Part shown: one piece after another, positions 56,697-64,000 of the stretch | Position numbering within the stretch: the first letter of the stretch is position 1 | Layout of the letters: every line of letters begins with the position of its first letter | Source: Candidatus Micrarchaeota archaeon | GTDB taxonomy: Archaea; Micrarchaeota; Micrarchaeia; Micrarchaeales; Micrarchaeaceae | Direction: 5' to 3' | Assembly: GCA_021800515.1 (NCBI GenBank) | Contig: JAJYYU010000001.1 | Location: forward strand, 6,975-70,974 | DNA length: 64,000 bases | Translations under genes and position numbers: made by a program | Notes under the pieces: model-generated | The model's input: the letters and a program-made list of their open reading frames with translations, nothing else | Database searches by the model: none | Told to the model about the DNA's origin: nothing

Positions 56697-57560
56697 ATGG
56701 CTAAAGCATATGCTGCGTTCTTGGATAAAGTGCTTGAAAAGCAGGGCATCCCTAAATGGGCTGTTGGCCCTATTGTGGAGTACCTAAAATCCAGAAAAGA
56801 CAAGATAGGTACAATAAAAAGCCTGCTTGCGATTATCAGCTCCAGAAAAAAGCCTGTTCTGACAAAAACAACCATAACGCTGCAGAACGGGATGGAGTTC
56901 AGGATAAATGACATATTATATGTTGTCTCATTGTTTTATTTTGGGGAGGCTATGATGCACAGGATTCTGGAAAACTGGATGCAGGAGAAGAGCAAGCCTG
57001 CTCCTGAATATGCACTGCATTTTCAGCAGCTTCTTGATATTACTGACAAGCATAAAAATGCAATCAAAAACCTGCTTGACGGAATGGATTATGCCCTGAT
57101 TGCGCCGCCGCAGCATATAAAATCAGTTTTCGATGCAGTCGAGCAGGTCAGCGACTGGAACGAGAGGATTTTTGTTATAGGTTTCTTGCTTAGGAATACA
57201 TACGATGCCTCATTTGGCGCTGTTTTTTATAAAATATTTTACAGGATATCTCCTGAGTATATGAAGCTCGTCAGCGCAGCTTTGGAATACAAAGCAGAAG
57301 AGGCGAAATGGTTTGAAATCATGTCAATAAGCATGATATCTAAAAATAAAATAAGCCAGACCAGAGTGATTGGGATTACACATAGTATTGTTTCCCTTAT
57401 AAATAGATCAATAAAAAAAGAGATGGGCCATGCAAGGAAAATGCATATCTCCCCAGAAATAGATCTCTTGAGGAGAATTGCAATTGCGCATGTATTCAGC
57501 GAGCTCTCTGCTATTATGCCGGGCATAGACTCAAATAAAGAAGAGAAAAAATTTGTATAA
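56697..57560 (+). CDS. hypothetical cytoplasmic protein
   Basis: 287 aa, predicted mostly helical, no family recognised. ATG lies 1 nt after the surface-protein stop. Confidence 0.5.
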   Translation: MAKAYAAFLDKVLEKQGIPKWAVGPIVEYLKSRKDKIGTIKSLLAIISSRKKPVLTKTTITLQNGMEFRINDILYVVSLFYFGEAMMHRILENWMQEKSKPAPEYALHFQQLLDITDKHKNAIKNLLDGMDYALIAPPQHIKSVFDAVEQVSDWNERIFVIGFLLRNTYDASFGAVFYKIFYRISPEYMKLVSAALEYKAEEAKWFEIMSISMISKNKISQTRVIGITHSIVSLINRSIKKEMGHARKMHISPEIDLLRRIAIAHVFSELSAIMPGIDSNKEEKKFV

Positions 57561-57750
57561 TGCTTATCTGAATAAAGTAAAGTAAAAACTATTGACCCGA
57601 ATCTATATTTTTTTTAGCCAATCTATATATATTTTTTAGGCAATAAGTACTAAAAATAAAATAAAAGGAATAATAAAGAAATATAAAGAAATAAAGTTAA
57701 AATAAAAAATAAATTAAAGTCTGTTTGCTTAAAATTCTGCTATTTAAAAA

Positions 57751-59025
57751 ATGAGTGATCAAATGGATGAACTAAACCCTTTTAAGATTTCGCAGGCACA
57801 ACTTGATGCTGCTGCAGAGATAATGAATCTGGACAAGACAGTGCATATGATCCTTAGGGAGCCGATGCGCACTGTTGAAATGAAAATCCCTGTTAAGATG
57901 AGAGACAATTCAACAGAGTTGTTTACAGGATTCAGAGTCCTTTACAATAATGCAAGGGGCCCTGGAAAAGGGGGCATAAGGTTCCATCCTCAGGAAAACA
58001 TTGATACTGTAAAAGCTCTTTCAGCGTGGATGACATGGAAGACGGCGCTTGCAAATCTGCCATTGGGTGGCGCAAAAGGAGGCGTAATATGCGATACAAA
58101 GAAAATGGACGAGCATGAAATAGAAAACCTGTCTAGGGGATATATAAGGAGTTTTGGCAACCTGCTTGGTCCTAAGACAGACATCCCTGCGCCTGATGTA
58201 TATACAACTCCGCAGATTATGGCATGGATGGATGATGAATATTCCAAGATTGCAGGCAATAATGAATTTGGGATGATAACAGGTAAGCCCCTTGAGCTCT
58301 GGGGTTCAGAAGGCAGATTTGATTCCACTGCACTTGGTGGAATGTATGTGCTGCGTGACCTCGCAAAGAAAGCAGGAATAGACCTTAAGAATGCAAAGAT
58401 TGCAATACAAGGATTTGGAAATGCAGGCAATTTTGCATTTTCTCTAGTAAAAAAAATGTTTGGGTCAAAAATAGTTGCCATTTCAGATTCTAAAGGAGGA
58501 GTATACAATCCAGACGGCCTTGATTACGCAGGCTTGCAAAAGGCAAAACAACAGTCAGGGACAGTATCTGATTATGAAGGTGCAGAAAAAATATCAAACG
58601 AGCAGCTAATTGAATCTGATGCAGATATAATAATTCCTGCAGCTCTTGAAAACCAGATAACGCAGGCAAATGCAGACAAGGTAAAAGCGAAAATCGTGCT
58701 CGAACTTGCAAACGGGCCTGTAACTCCTGAAGCAGACAAGATACTGTTCGAAAGGGGCATCTACGGTGCACCAGATTTCCTTGTAAATTCTGGAGGTGTT
58801 ATAGTTTCTTATTTTGAATGGGTGCAGAACATAAGCGGATATTATTGGACAGAGGATGATGTATATGCAAAGCTTGACACAATTATGTCTAAGTCCTTTG
58901 CAGATGTTGTAAAAACACAGGAAGAGTATGCAGCCAAAGGAAAGAAAATAAACATGAGGACTGCAGCATATATAATCGCAGTCCAAAGAGTTTCAGCAGC
59001 AATGAAAGCAAGGGGCTGGTATTAG
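57751..59025 (+). CDS. gdhA: glutamate dehydrogenase
   Basis: 424 aa. GPGKGGIRFHP, PLGGAKGG and dinucleotide fold IQGFGNAG. Confidence 0.95.
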   Translation: MSDQMDELNPFKISQAQLDAAAEIMNLDKTVHMILREPMRTVEMKIPVKMRDNSTELFTGFRVLYNNARGPGKGGIRFHPQENIDTVKALSAWMTWKTALANLPLGGAKGGVICDTKKMDEHEIENLSRGYIRSFGNLLGPKTDIPAPDVYTTPQIMAWMDDEYSKIAGNNEFGMITGKPLELWGSEGRFDSTALGGMYVLRDLAKKAGIDLKNAKIAIQGFGNAGNFAFSLVKKMFGSKIVAISDSKGGVYNPDGLDYAGLQKAKQQSGTVSDYEGAEKISNEQLIESDADIIIPAALENQITQANADKVKAKIVLELANGPVTPEADKILFERGIYGAPDFLVNSGGVIVSYFEWVQNISGYYWTEDDVYAKLDTIMSKSFADVVKTQEEYAAKGKKINMRTAAYIIAVQRVSAAMKARGWY

Positions 59026-59139
59026 TTATTAATGCTTAGTTTATGCAGCTGTGCAGCTATGCTGCCTGCTGCCCCCAACATTGCTTATGCATGAAATACA
59101 ATGAAGTATTAAAAAAATAAAATAAAAAACAAGGATAAA

Positions 59140-59325
59140 ATGGCAAAATTTAGAATAAAATATTTACGTAATGAAACAAAAAATATCATTCTTACAAGGA
59201 TAGAGGATGTCGAAGATGCTGTTACGCCAGAAGATGCGTTTGCAAAACTTACCCAGAACAATGACAACAAGTATCCGTTCATGAAAGGAGATTTAAACAT
59301 CATAGAAATTGAAAAGATAGAATAA
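59140..59325 (+). CDS. hypothetical small protein
   Basis: 61 aa. No family recognised. Confidence 0.35.
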   Translation: MAKFRIKYLRNETKNIILTRIEDVEDAVTPEDAFAKLTQNNDNKYPFMKGDLNIIEIEKIE

Positions 59326-59566
59326 TATCATAATAGCATTATCATCATAAAGCTATGGTTAATTTAGATACTATTGCTTCCTTTTCAAAGATTCTAGATT
59401 TCAAATTTCGCAAACTTACCAATGCTTCTTCTACAGCATAGTTTTTACCTAATCTTTTTAACAAAGTGAGCAGGAAATCCTACATGCTTTAGCAGTGGAA
59501 TGAAAGCGAACCGTAAAATAGGAAGGTATAAAAGTTTGAAAGTGTATATAAACAAAAAGAACTGTA

Positions 59567-59635
59567 ATGGAGCTAACAAGAGCTTATAAATTCAGGATTT
59601 ATCTTAGAGTTCACCTAAACTTATATAAATATTAG
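59567..59635 (+). pseudogene. possible 5' remnant of an IS200/IS605-type tnpB gene
   Basis: Hand-translated MELTRAYKFRIYLRVHLNLYKY*. The first 13 aa match the stereotyped TnpB N-terminus (..RAYKFRIYP..), then the frame stops. The match is very short. Confidence 0.2.
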
Positions 59636-59670
59636 TATGGTATATAATTATAACTTTTATTTGTGATTAA

Positions 59671-60402
59671 ATGGCTAATACAACTAATACAAAGGCTCAT
59701 AATTCTGATATGCCTGCGCATGCACATCATGAACATGCACATGCAGAACAGAAAAAAGACAAAGGTAACAGCAATCTTATTTATATTGTAGCTGCTTTGG
59801 CTATAATTGTCGTTGCAGGAATTGTGATATTTCATTACTACACTCTGCCAAGGTCAGTTCCCCCCTCCATATCAACAGTCAGCAATTCCTCTATCACCAG
59901 TTCACAGTCATCCCCGTCTACATCAAACTTAAATTCAACTTTGCCGCCTATTTCTAATTATACCTCACCATATCCTTTAGTTATCTCGGGTATGCAGAGA
60001 TTTGAAGCAGTGCAGATCCCTGTTTCAGAGCTTCCGTCAAACATCTCTGCAGGTTTATCAACTGCAACACTTAATGTTTATAGGAATGCAACATCAAATA
60101 GTACCTTATCTATAACAGGATTGAATTATTCATCAAGCAGCTATGTGTCTCCGATATTCAATGAATTAAAATCAAGTGCAAGCCTTTCTGCTGCCCGCAA
60201 TTCAAGCATTAAGCTTTTAGGAAGTCTTCCTCCAAACTATGTAGGTATTACAAGCAGCTACAACACAGCGAATGTTTATAGCATCCTGGGGTATAACAGC
60301 ACAAAAGTCTGTATTGACACCTATATAAGTACAGGTGCACTAAACCAGACAGTAGCAGTAAATCTTTTGGAAAACGCAAGCAATACCTGCTTTAAAAATT
60401 AA
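59671..60402 (+). CDS. membrane-anchored Ser-rich protein with a His-rich N-terminus
   Basis: 243 aa. MPAHAHHEHAHAEQ, then TM LIYIVAALAIIVVAGIVIF, then a Ser/Asn-rich region with many N-x-S/T sequons. Confidence 0.55.
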   Translation: MANTTNTKAHNSDMPAHAHHEHAHAEQKKDKGNSNLIYIVAALAIIVVAGIVIFHYYTLPRSVPPSISTVSNSSITSSQSSPSTSNLNSTLPPISNYTSPYPLVISGMQRFEAVQIPVSELPSNISAGLSTATLNVYRNATSNSTLSITGLNYSSSSYVSPIFNELKSSASLSAARNSSIKLLGSLPPNYVGITSSYNTANVYSILGYNSTKVCIDTYISTGALNQTVAVNLLENASNTCFKN

Positions 60403-60484
60403 GATTAGAATTTATTTTTATTTTTTTTATTTTTTTATTTACTTTTATTTTTTATTTTAACTTTATTTTAATTAATTAAAAAGA

Positions 60485-60955
60485 ATGTTGAGTAATAAAG
60501 AAGATAATAATATGCTGCAAAAACCTATTGCTAAAAAATTAAATTCATTTGACAAAATCCATTGGTTAAGGTTTTCACTTGCATTTTTTGCGCTGATGGA
60601 AGTTGCGGCACATCTATTTGCAAGCCCAGGTGCAACTCCCCAAATAACTTTTTATCTTGAAACAGAGGTCGCATTTTATATAATTATTTCAGTCGTCTAT
60701 TTATTGGGAATTAAAACTTATTATGCGCCTTCACTTCTTTATTCATTATTCAACATTTTATTGTTCTTTCTGTCTGCATTCATAATAATCCCAGGTGTTT
60801 CAACCTCATTATTGACAGGCCATATAGCATTCTCGCAGTATTCCTATGGGCGATTTACTTCTGTATTATCCTGGGCTTATCTTATTATAGTAGGATTGGT
60901 CATGCTGAAGATTGACAAAGGTTCAGAAATCAACAGGATAATAAGATACACCTGA
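60485..60955 (+). CDS. hypothetical integral membrane protein
   Basis: 156 aa with about four hydrophobic helices. No family recognised. Confidence 0.5.
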   Translation: MLSNKEDNNMLQKPIAKKLNSFDKIHWLRFSLAFFALMEVAAHLFASPGATPQITFYLETEVAFYIIISVVYLLGIKTYYAPSLLYSLFNILLFFLSAFIIIPGVSTSLLTGHIAFSQYSYGRFTSVLSWAYLIIVGLVMLKIDKGSEINRIIRYT

Positions 60956-60991
60956 CGCAAAAGTTGGTTTTTGAATTAAAGAGCTGTTACA

Positions 60992-61894
60992 ATGAATAAA
61001 TTTGTTTTAAGCAATAGTGAATATGGCAGTGCTGACTTTGTTATTTTTGGAGTAGCTGATGAAACAGGATCAAGGGCAAAAAGAAAAGGTACAGCCCTTG
61101 CTCCTGCTGAAATACGCAGGGTTTTCAATAAATTTGATGCAATCAAAAAGCATGGCAACTCTTTTTTTGAGCCTGCAGATGCATCTCTTAAAAAAATAGT
61201 GCAGGATTTTAAGGTATATGATTTGGGCAATATAAAAAAAGAGGATGTCAGAAGCAGGGTTTATAATATACTGAATTCAGGCAAGGTTCCGATATGCATA
61301 GGAGGTGATCATTCAATAACTTATGAGATTCTGCATTCAGTCAATAGAAAAATGCAGGACATTGGCCAAAAGTTCAGTCTTGTTTATTTTGATGCACATC
61401 CTGATTTCATAAGCTCCTATACACATTATTATGGGTCTGTCATTTATGATGCATCAAAGCTTGACATGCTAGACATTGAAAAAAGCGTGCTTGTAGGAAT
61501 ACGGGAGCCAGAGATTGAGGAACTGGAAAATATGCAGGAATATAAAATAAAATCTATTCCAATCTTTGATTTTAAGGCAAAATCAATAAGAGCTATAACT
61601 TCATACATACGTAAGAACGTGCTGAAGAACGTTTATATCTCGATAGATATGGATGTTGTTGATCCTGCATTTGCCCCTGGTGTAGACGTACCAGCGCCGG
61701 GCGGAATATCTTCGCTTGAACTGCTTTATCTTATAAAATCCATTGCGCCTTTGTCTAATCTTGGCGCTGACATGATGGAGATTAGCCCTCCGTATGACAT
61801 AAACAGCATCACATCAATGCTCGGTATAAAGATTATCGAGGAGCTTATAGTCTCTCTAAAAAAGCCTATTCATGCACGGAGTCAAGCGCATTGA
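60992..61894 (+). CDS. speB: agmatinase / ureohydrolase family protein
   Basis: 300 aa. Arginase-fold metal motifs GGDHSITY, FDAHPDF, SIDMDVVDPAFAPG. Confidence 0.88.
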   Translation: MNKFVLSNSEYGSADFVIFGVADETGSRAKRKGTALAPAEIRRVFNKFDAIKKHGNSFFEPADASLKKIVQDFKVYDLGNIKKEDVRSRVYNILNSGKVPICIGGDHSITYEILHSVNRKMQDIGQKFSLVYFDAHPDFISSYTHYYGSVIYDASKLDMLDIEKSVLVGIREPEIEELENMQEYKIKSIPIFDFKAKSIRAITSYIRKNVLKNVYISIDMDVVDPAFAPGVDVPAPGGISSLELLYLIKSIAPLSNLGADMMEISPPYDINSITSMLGIKIIEELIVSLKKPIHARSQAH

Positions 61895-62351
61895 GGACTT
61901 CTTCCAGAAATCTCCCATAAGTCTCTTTTTTTTCTGCAGGGGGCTCTTTAATGTACATTATTTCTTTATTGTATGTAGTACTTGAATAATATCCCCCTCC
62001 AGGTGAGTTGTACTCATATTTTTCAACTGTTCTATAAGGCATATATTCTTTTATATATTCCAGCATTTCATCAAGCGCACAGTAATCTAAATCCCGTATG
62101 CCTTTTAGATATATAATAATCCAACCTCCCGCATTCCATACCTTTTGCGCTGCAATGTAATCCTCATTAGTTATAAGTACTCTTTGAGAATATGTTTTGC
62201 TTCTAGGCGTCTCATCTGCGCTTAGGTCTTCACATGATCTGATAAAAGAGTTTATGCTATGGCCATTACACTCCTGTACGCTGCTGTTTTTGTTAGAATC
62301 CCTGTCATCATTGTTTTTGGGATTAGATTTATATGATTTATTCTTATCCAT
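61866..62351 (-). CDS. hypothetical protein
   Basis: Trimmed from ORF 61866..62489 to Met MDKNKSYKS so that it does not overlap the cdc48 3' end. No family recognised. Overlaps the convergent speB 3' end by 29 nt. Confidence 0.4.
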   Translation of the reverse strand: MDKNKSYKSNPKNNDDRDSNKNSSVQECNGHSINSFIRSCEDLSADETPRSKTYSQRVLITNEDYIAAQKVWNAGGWIIIYLKGIRDLDYCALDEMLEYIKEYMPYRTVEKYEYNSPGGGYYSSTTYNKEIMYIKEPPAEKKETYGRFLEEVLNALDSVHE

Positions 62352-62385
62352 GTGCCCACTAATTGATTTAATTACTGCTAATTCT

Positions 62386-64000
62386 TTATCTATACATCGA
62401 TTCTGGTTCTTCCTTGAACTTCTTGATTTTTTCACTGAGTTCCTTTGGAATTGCAGGCCTGACTTCCTTGAATGCAAACACAAAATCATCTCGTATTACT
62501 TTTTTCCTTTTGTTTCTTATCGCATTCATCCCTGCTTCCCTGCAAACATTTTCAATTTCTGCACCAGTATAGTTTATAGCCGCGCTTGCAATTTCTTTTA
62601 TAGACACATCCTTGTCAAGAGGCATTCTTTTTGTATGTACTTTGAATATTTCTTCTCTTGCCTTCTCGTTGGGAATCGGTATTTCTATTATTTTATCGAA
62701 TCTCCCTGGTCTTAGTAGAGCAACATCTATCATATCAGGTCTATTTGTTGCTGCAATCACAATCACGTTCTTGATTTCCTGCAATCCATCCATTTCAGTA
62801 AGCAGAGTGTCTACTACTCTTTGGCTTACAAGTGTATTGTCTTCTCCTGAATCTCTTGGCGTTGCTATTGAGTCTATCTCGTCTATAAATATAATGCATG
62901 GTGCTGCCATTCTTGCCTTTCTGAATATTTCTCTCGTCGCCTTTTCACTTTCACCAAGATACTTGTTCAGCAGTTCAGGGCCTTTTATTGAAATGAAATT
63001 CGCTTCACGTTCTGTGGCGACTGCCTTTGCAAGCATGGTCTTTCCAGTTCCAGGCGCTCCGACGAGTAGCACGCCCTTTATCGGTCTTATCCCCATTTCC
63101 TCAAATGCTTCAGGATGCTTTATCGGAAGTTCAATGATCTCCTTTAGCTGCTCTTTTATCTGCTCGATGCCACCAATATCCCCCCAATGTATGTTAGGCC
63201 TTTCAATAAATACTTCGCGCAAAGCACTGGGCATTATATTCTTGAGCGCATTCATAAAGTTCTCTCTATTTACATTAAGTGATACAAGCACCTCATTTGG
63301 GATCGATTTTTTGTCAATTATCTTAGGCAATATTATGCGCAGTGAATCCATTGCTGATTCGCGCACAAGCGCTGCAAGGTCGGCGCCGGTATATCCGTGC
63401 GTCAGATCTGCAAATTCATCAAGATTCACATCCCCTGCAAGAGGCATGTTACGCGTGTGTATCTGAAGTATTTCTTTTCTTGAATTTCTGTCAGGCACGC
63501 CTATCTCTATTTCCCTGTCAAATCTTCCAGGCCTTCTTAGCGCAGGGTCTATGCTGTTTGGCCTATTTGTTGCACCTAGCACGATAACCTCGCCACGTGA
63601 GCCAATTCCATCCATAAGCGTGAGAAGCTGGGAAACCATGCGCCGTTCTACTTCATTAGTTGCTTCCTCCCTCTTCGGAGCAATCGCATCTATCTCATCC
63701 ATGAATATTATAGTAGGCGCCTTTTGCTTTGCCTCGTTGAATACCTCTCTTAATTTTTCCTCGCTTTCACCGACGAACTTGCTCACAAGGACAGGCCCTG
63801 AAATATCTATAAAGTGTGCATCGCTTTCATTGGCGACTGCCTTTGCAAGCAATGTTTTTCCAGTTCCAGGAGGCCCTGAAAGCAGTACGCCTCTTGGTGG
63901 TTCAATGCCCAGCCTTTCAAAAACCTGGGGATATCTCATTGGAAGCTCAACCATCTCCCTTATTTTTTTTATTTCATTCTGGAGTCCGCCTATGTCTTCA
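62386..64000 (-). CDS. cdc48: Cdc48/VCP-like AAA+ ATPase, partial (N-terminus beyond the right edge)
   Basis: Two AAA modules: Walker A GPPGTGKT and GAPGTGKT, Walker B IIFMDEID and IIFIDEID. The frame stays open upstream of the listed Met to position 64000 (..[24 protein letters not shown]). Confidence 0.93.
   Translation of the reverse strand, partial: EDIGGLQNEIKKIREMVELPMRYPQVFERLGIEPPRGVLLSGPPGTGKTLLAKAVANESDAHFIDISGPVLVSKFVGESEEKLREVFNEAKQKAPTIIFMDEIDAIAPKREEATNEVERRMVSQLLTLMDGIGSRGEVIVLGATNRPNSIDPALRRPGRFDREIEIGVPDRNSRKEILQIHTRNMPLAGDVNLDEFADLTHGYTGADLAALVRESAMDSLRIILPKIIDKKSIPNEVLVSLNVNRENFMNALKNIMPSALREVFIERPNIHWGDIGGIEQIKEQLKEIIELPIKHPEAFEEMGIRPIKGVLLVGAPGTGKTMLAKAVATEREANFISIKGPELLNKYLGESEKATREIFRKARMAAPCIIFIDEIDSIATPRDSGEDNTLVSQRVVDTLLTEMDGLQEIKNVIVIAATNRPDMIDVALLRPGRFDKIIEIPIPNEKAREEIFKVHTKRMPLDKDVSIKEIASAAINYTGAEIENVCREAGMNAIRNKRKKVIRDDFVFAFKEVRPAIPKELSEKIKKFKEEPESMYR

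Noticed and set aside
61866-62489. Full-length 207-aa ORF overlapping the cdc48 3' end by 104 nt
   Set aside because: The overlapping N-terminal 46 codons are Arg/Ser/Lys-rich antisense-like sequence. I trimmed the call to the Met at 62351, which lies 35 nt downstream of the cdc48 stop.
62612-63466. 284-aa plus-strand ORF (and 62197..62715, 63342..63587) opposite cdc48
   Set aside because: It is antisense to a gene with two complete AAA modules and has a low-complexity Ser/Ile-rich translation.

Overview
The window is a low-GC (roughly 35% by eye) archaeal chromosome segment. The domain call rests on PolD DP1/DP2, GatE, a group II chaperonin, L34e, aMBF1, archaeal AdkA, a Cdc48-type ATPase and two tRNAs with introns at position 37/38. 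Finer taxonomy cannot be set from sequence alone; the gene content and Ser/Asn-rich glycoprotein-like surface proteins would fit a DPANN-like or wall-less acidophilic lineage (inference). Housekeeping genes: gatE, UPF0147-polD operon, adk-DUF106-L34e-MBF1-cmk, thermosome, L30/L15, ndk, PolX, aCPSF2-like RNase, gdhA, agmatinase, cdc48. Accessory stretches: (1) a 2286-aa secreted, membrane-anchored giant protein followed by a 729-aa membrane/coiled-coil orphan. (2) A ~3.6-kb island next to tRNA-Ala, bounded by a 27-nt direct repeat of the tRNA 3' end. It carries a Fic gene and a GC-rich three-gene block, has no recognisable integrase, and is followed by a VapBC-like pair. (3) Two ABC-2 exporters with a PadR-like regulator, a CARDB/COG1361-like surface protein and a tightly coupled orphan. 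The most unusual signal is a 31-33-nt hairpin element. It makes up essentially the whole intron of tRNA-Ala (type II unit) and most of the intron of tRNA-Thr (type I unit). It also occurs as type I + type II tandem dimers in two intergenic regions just downstream of protein genes, plus one degenerate copy. All family assignments come from motifs read in the supplied translations; no database search was run.
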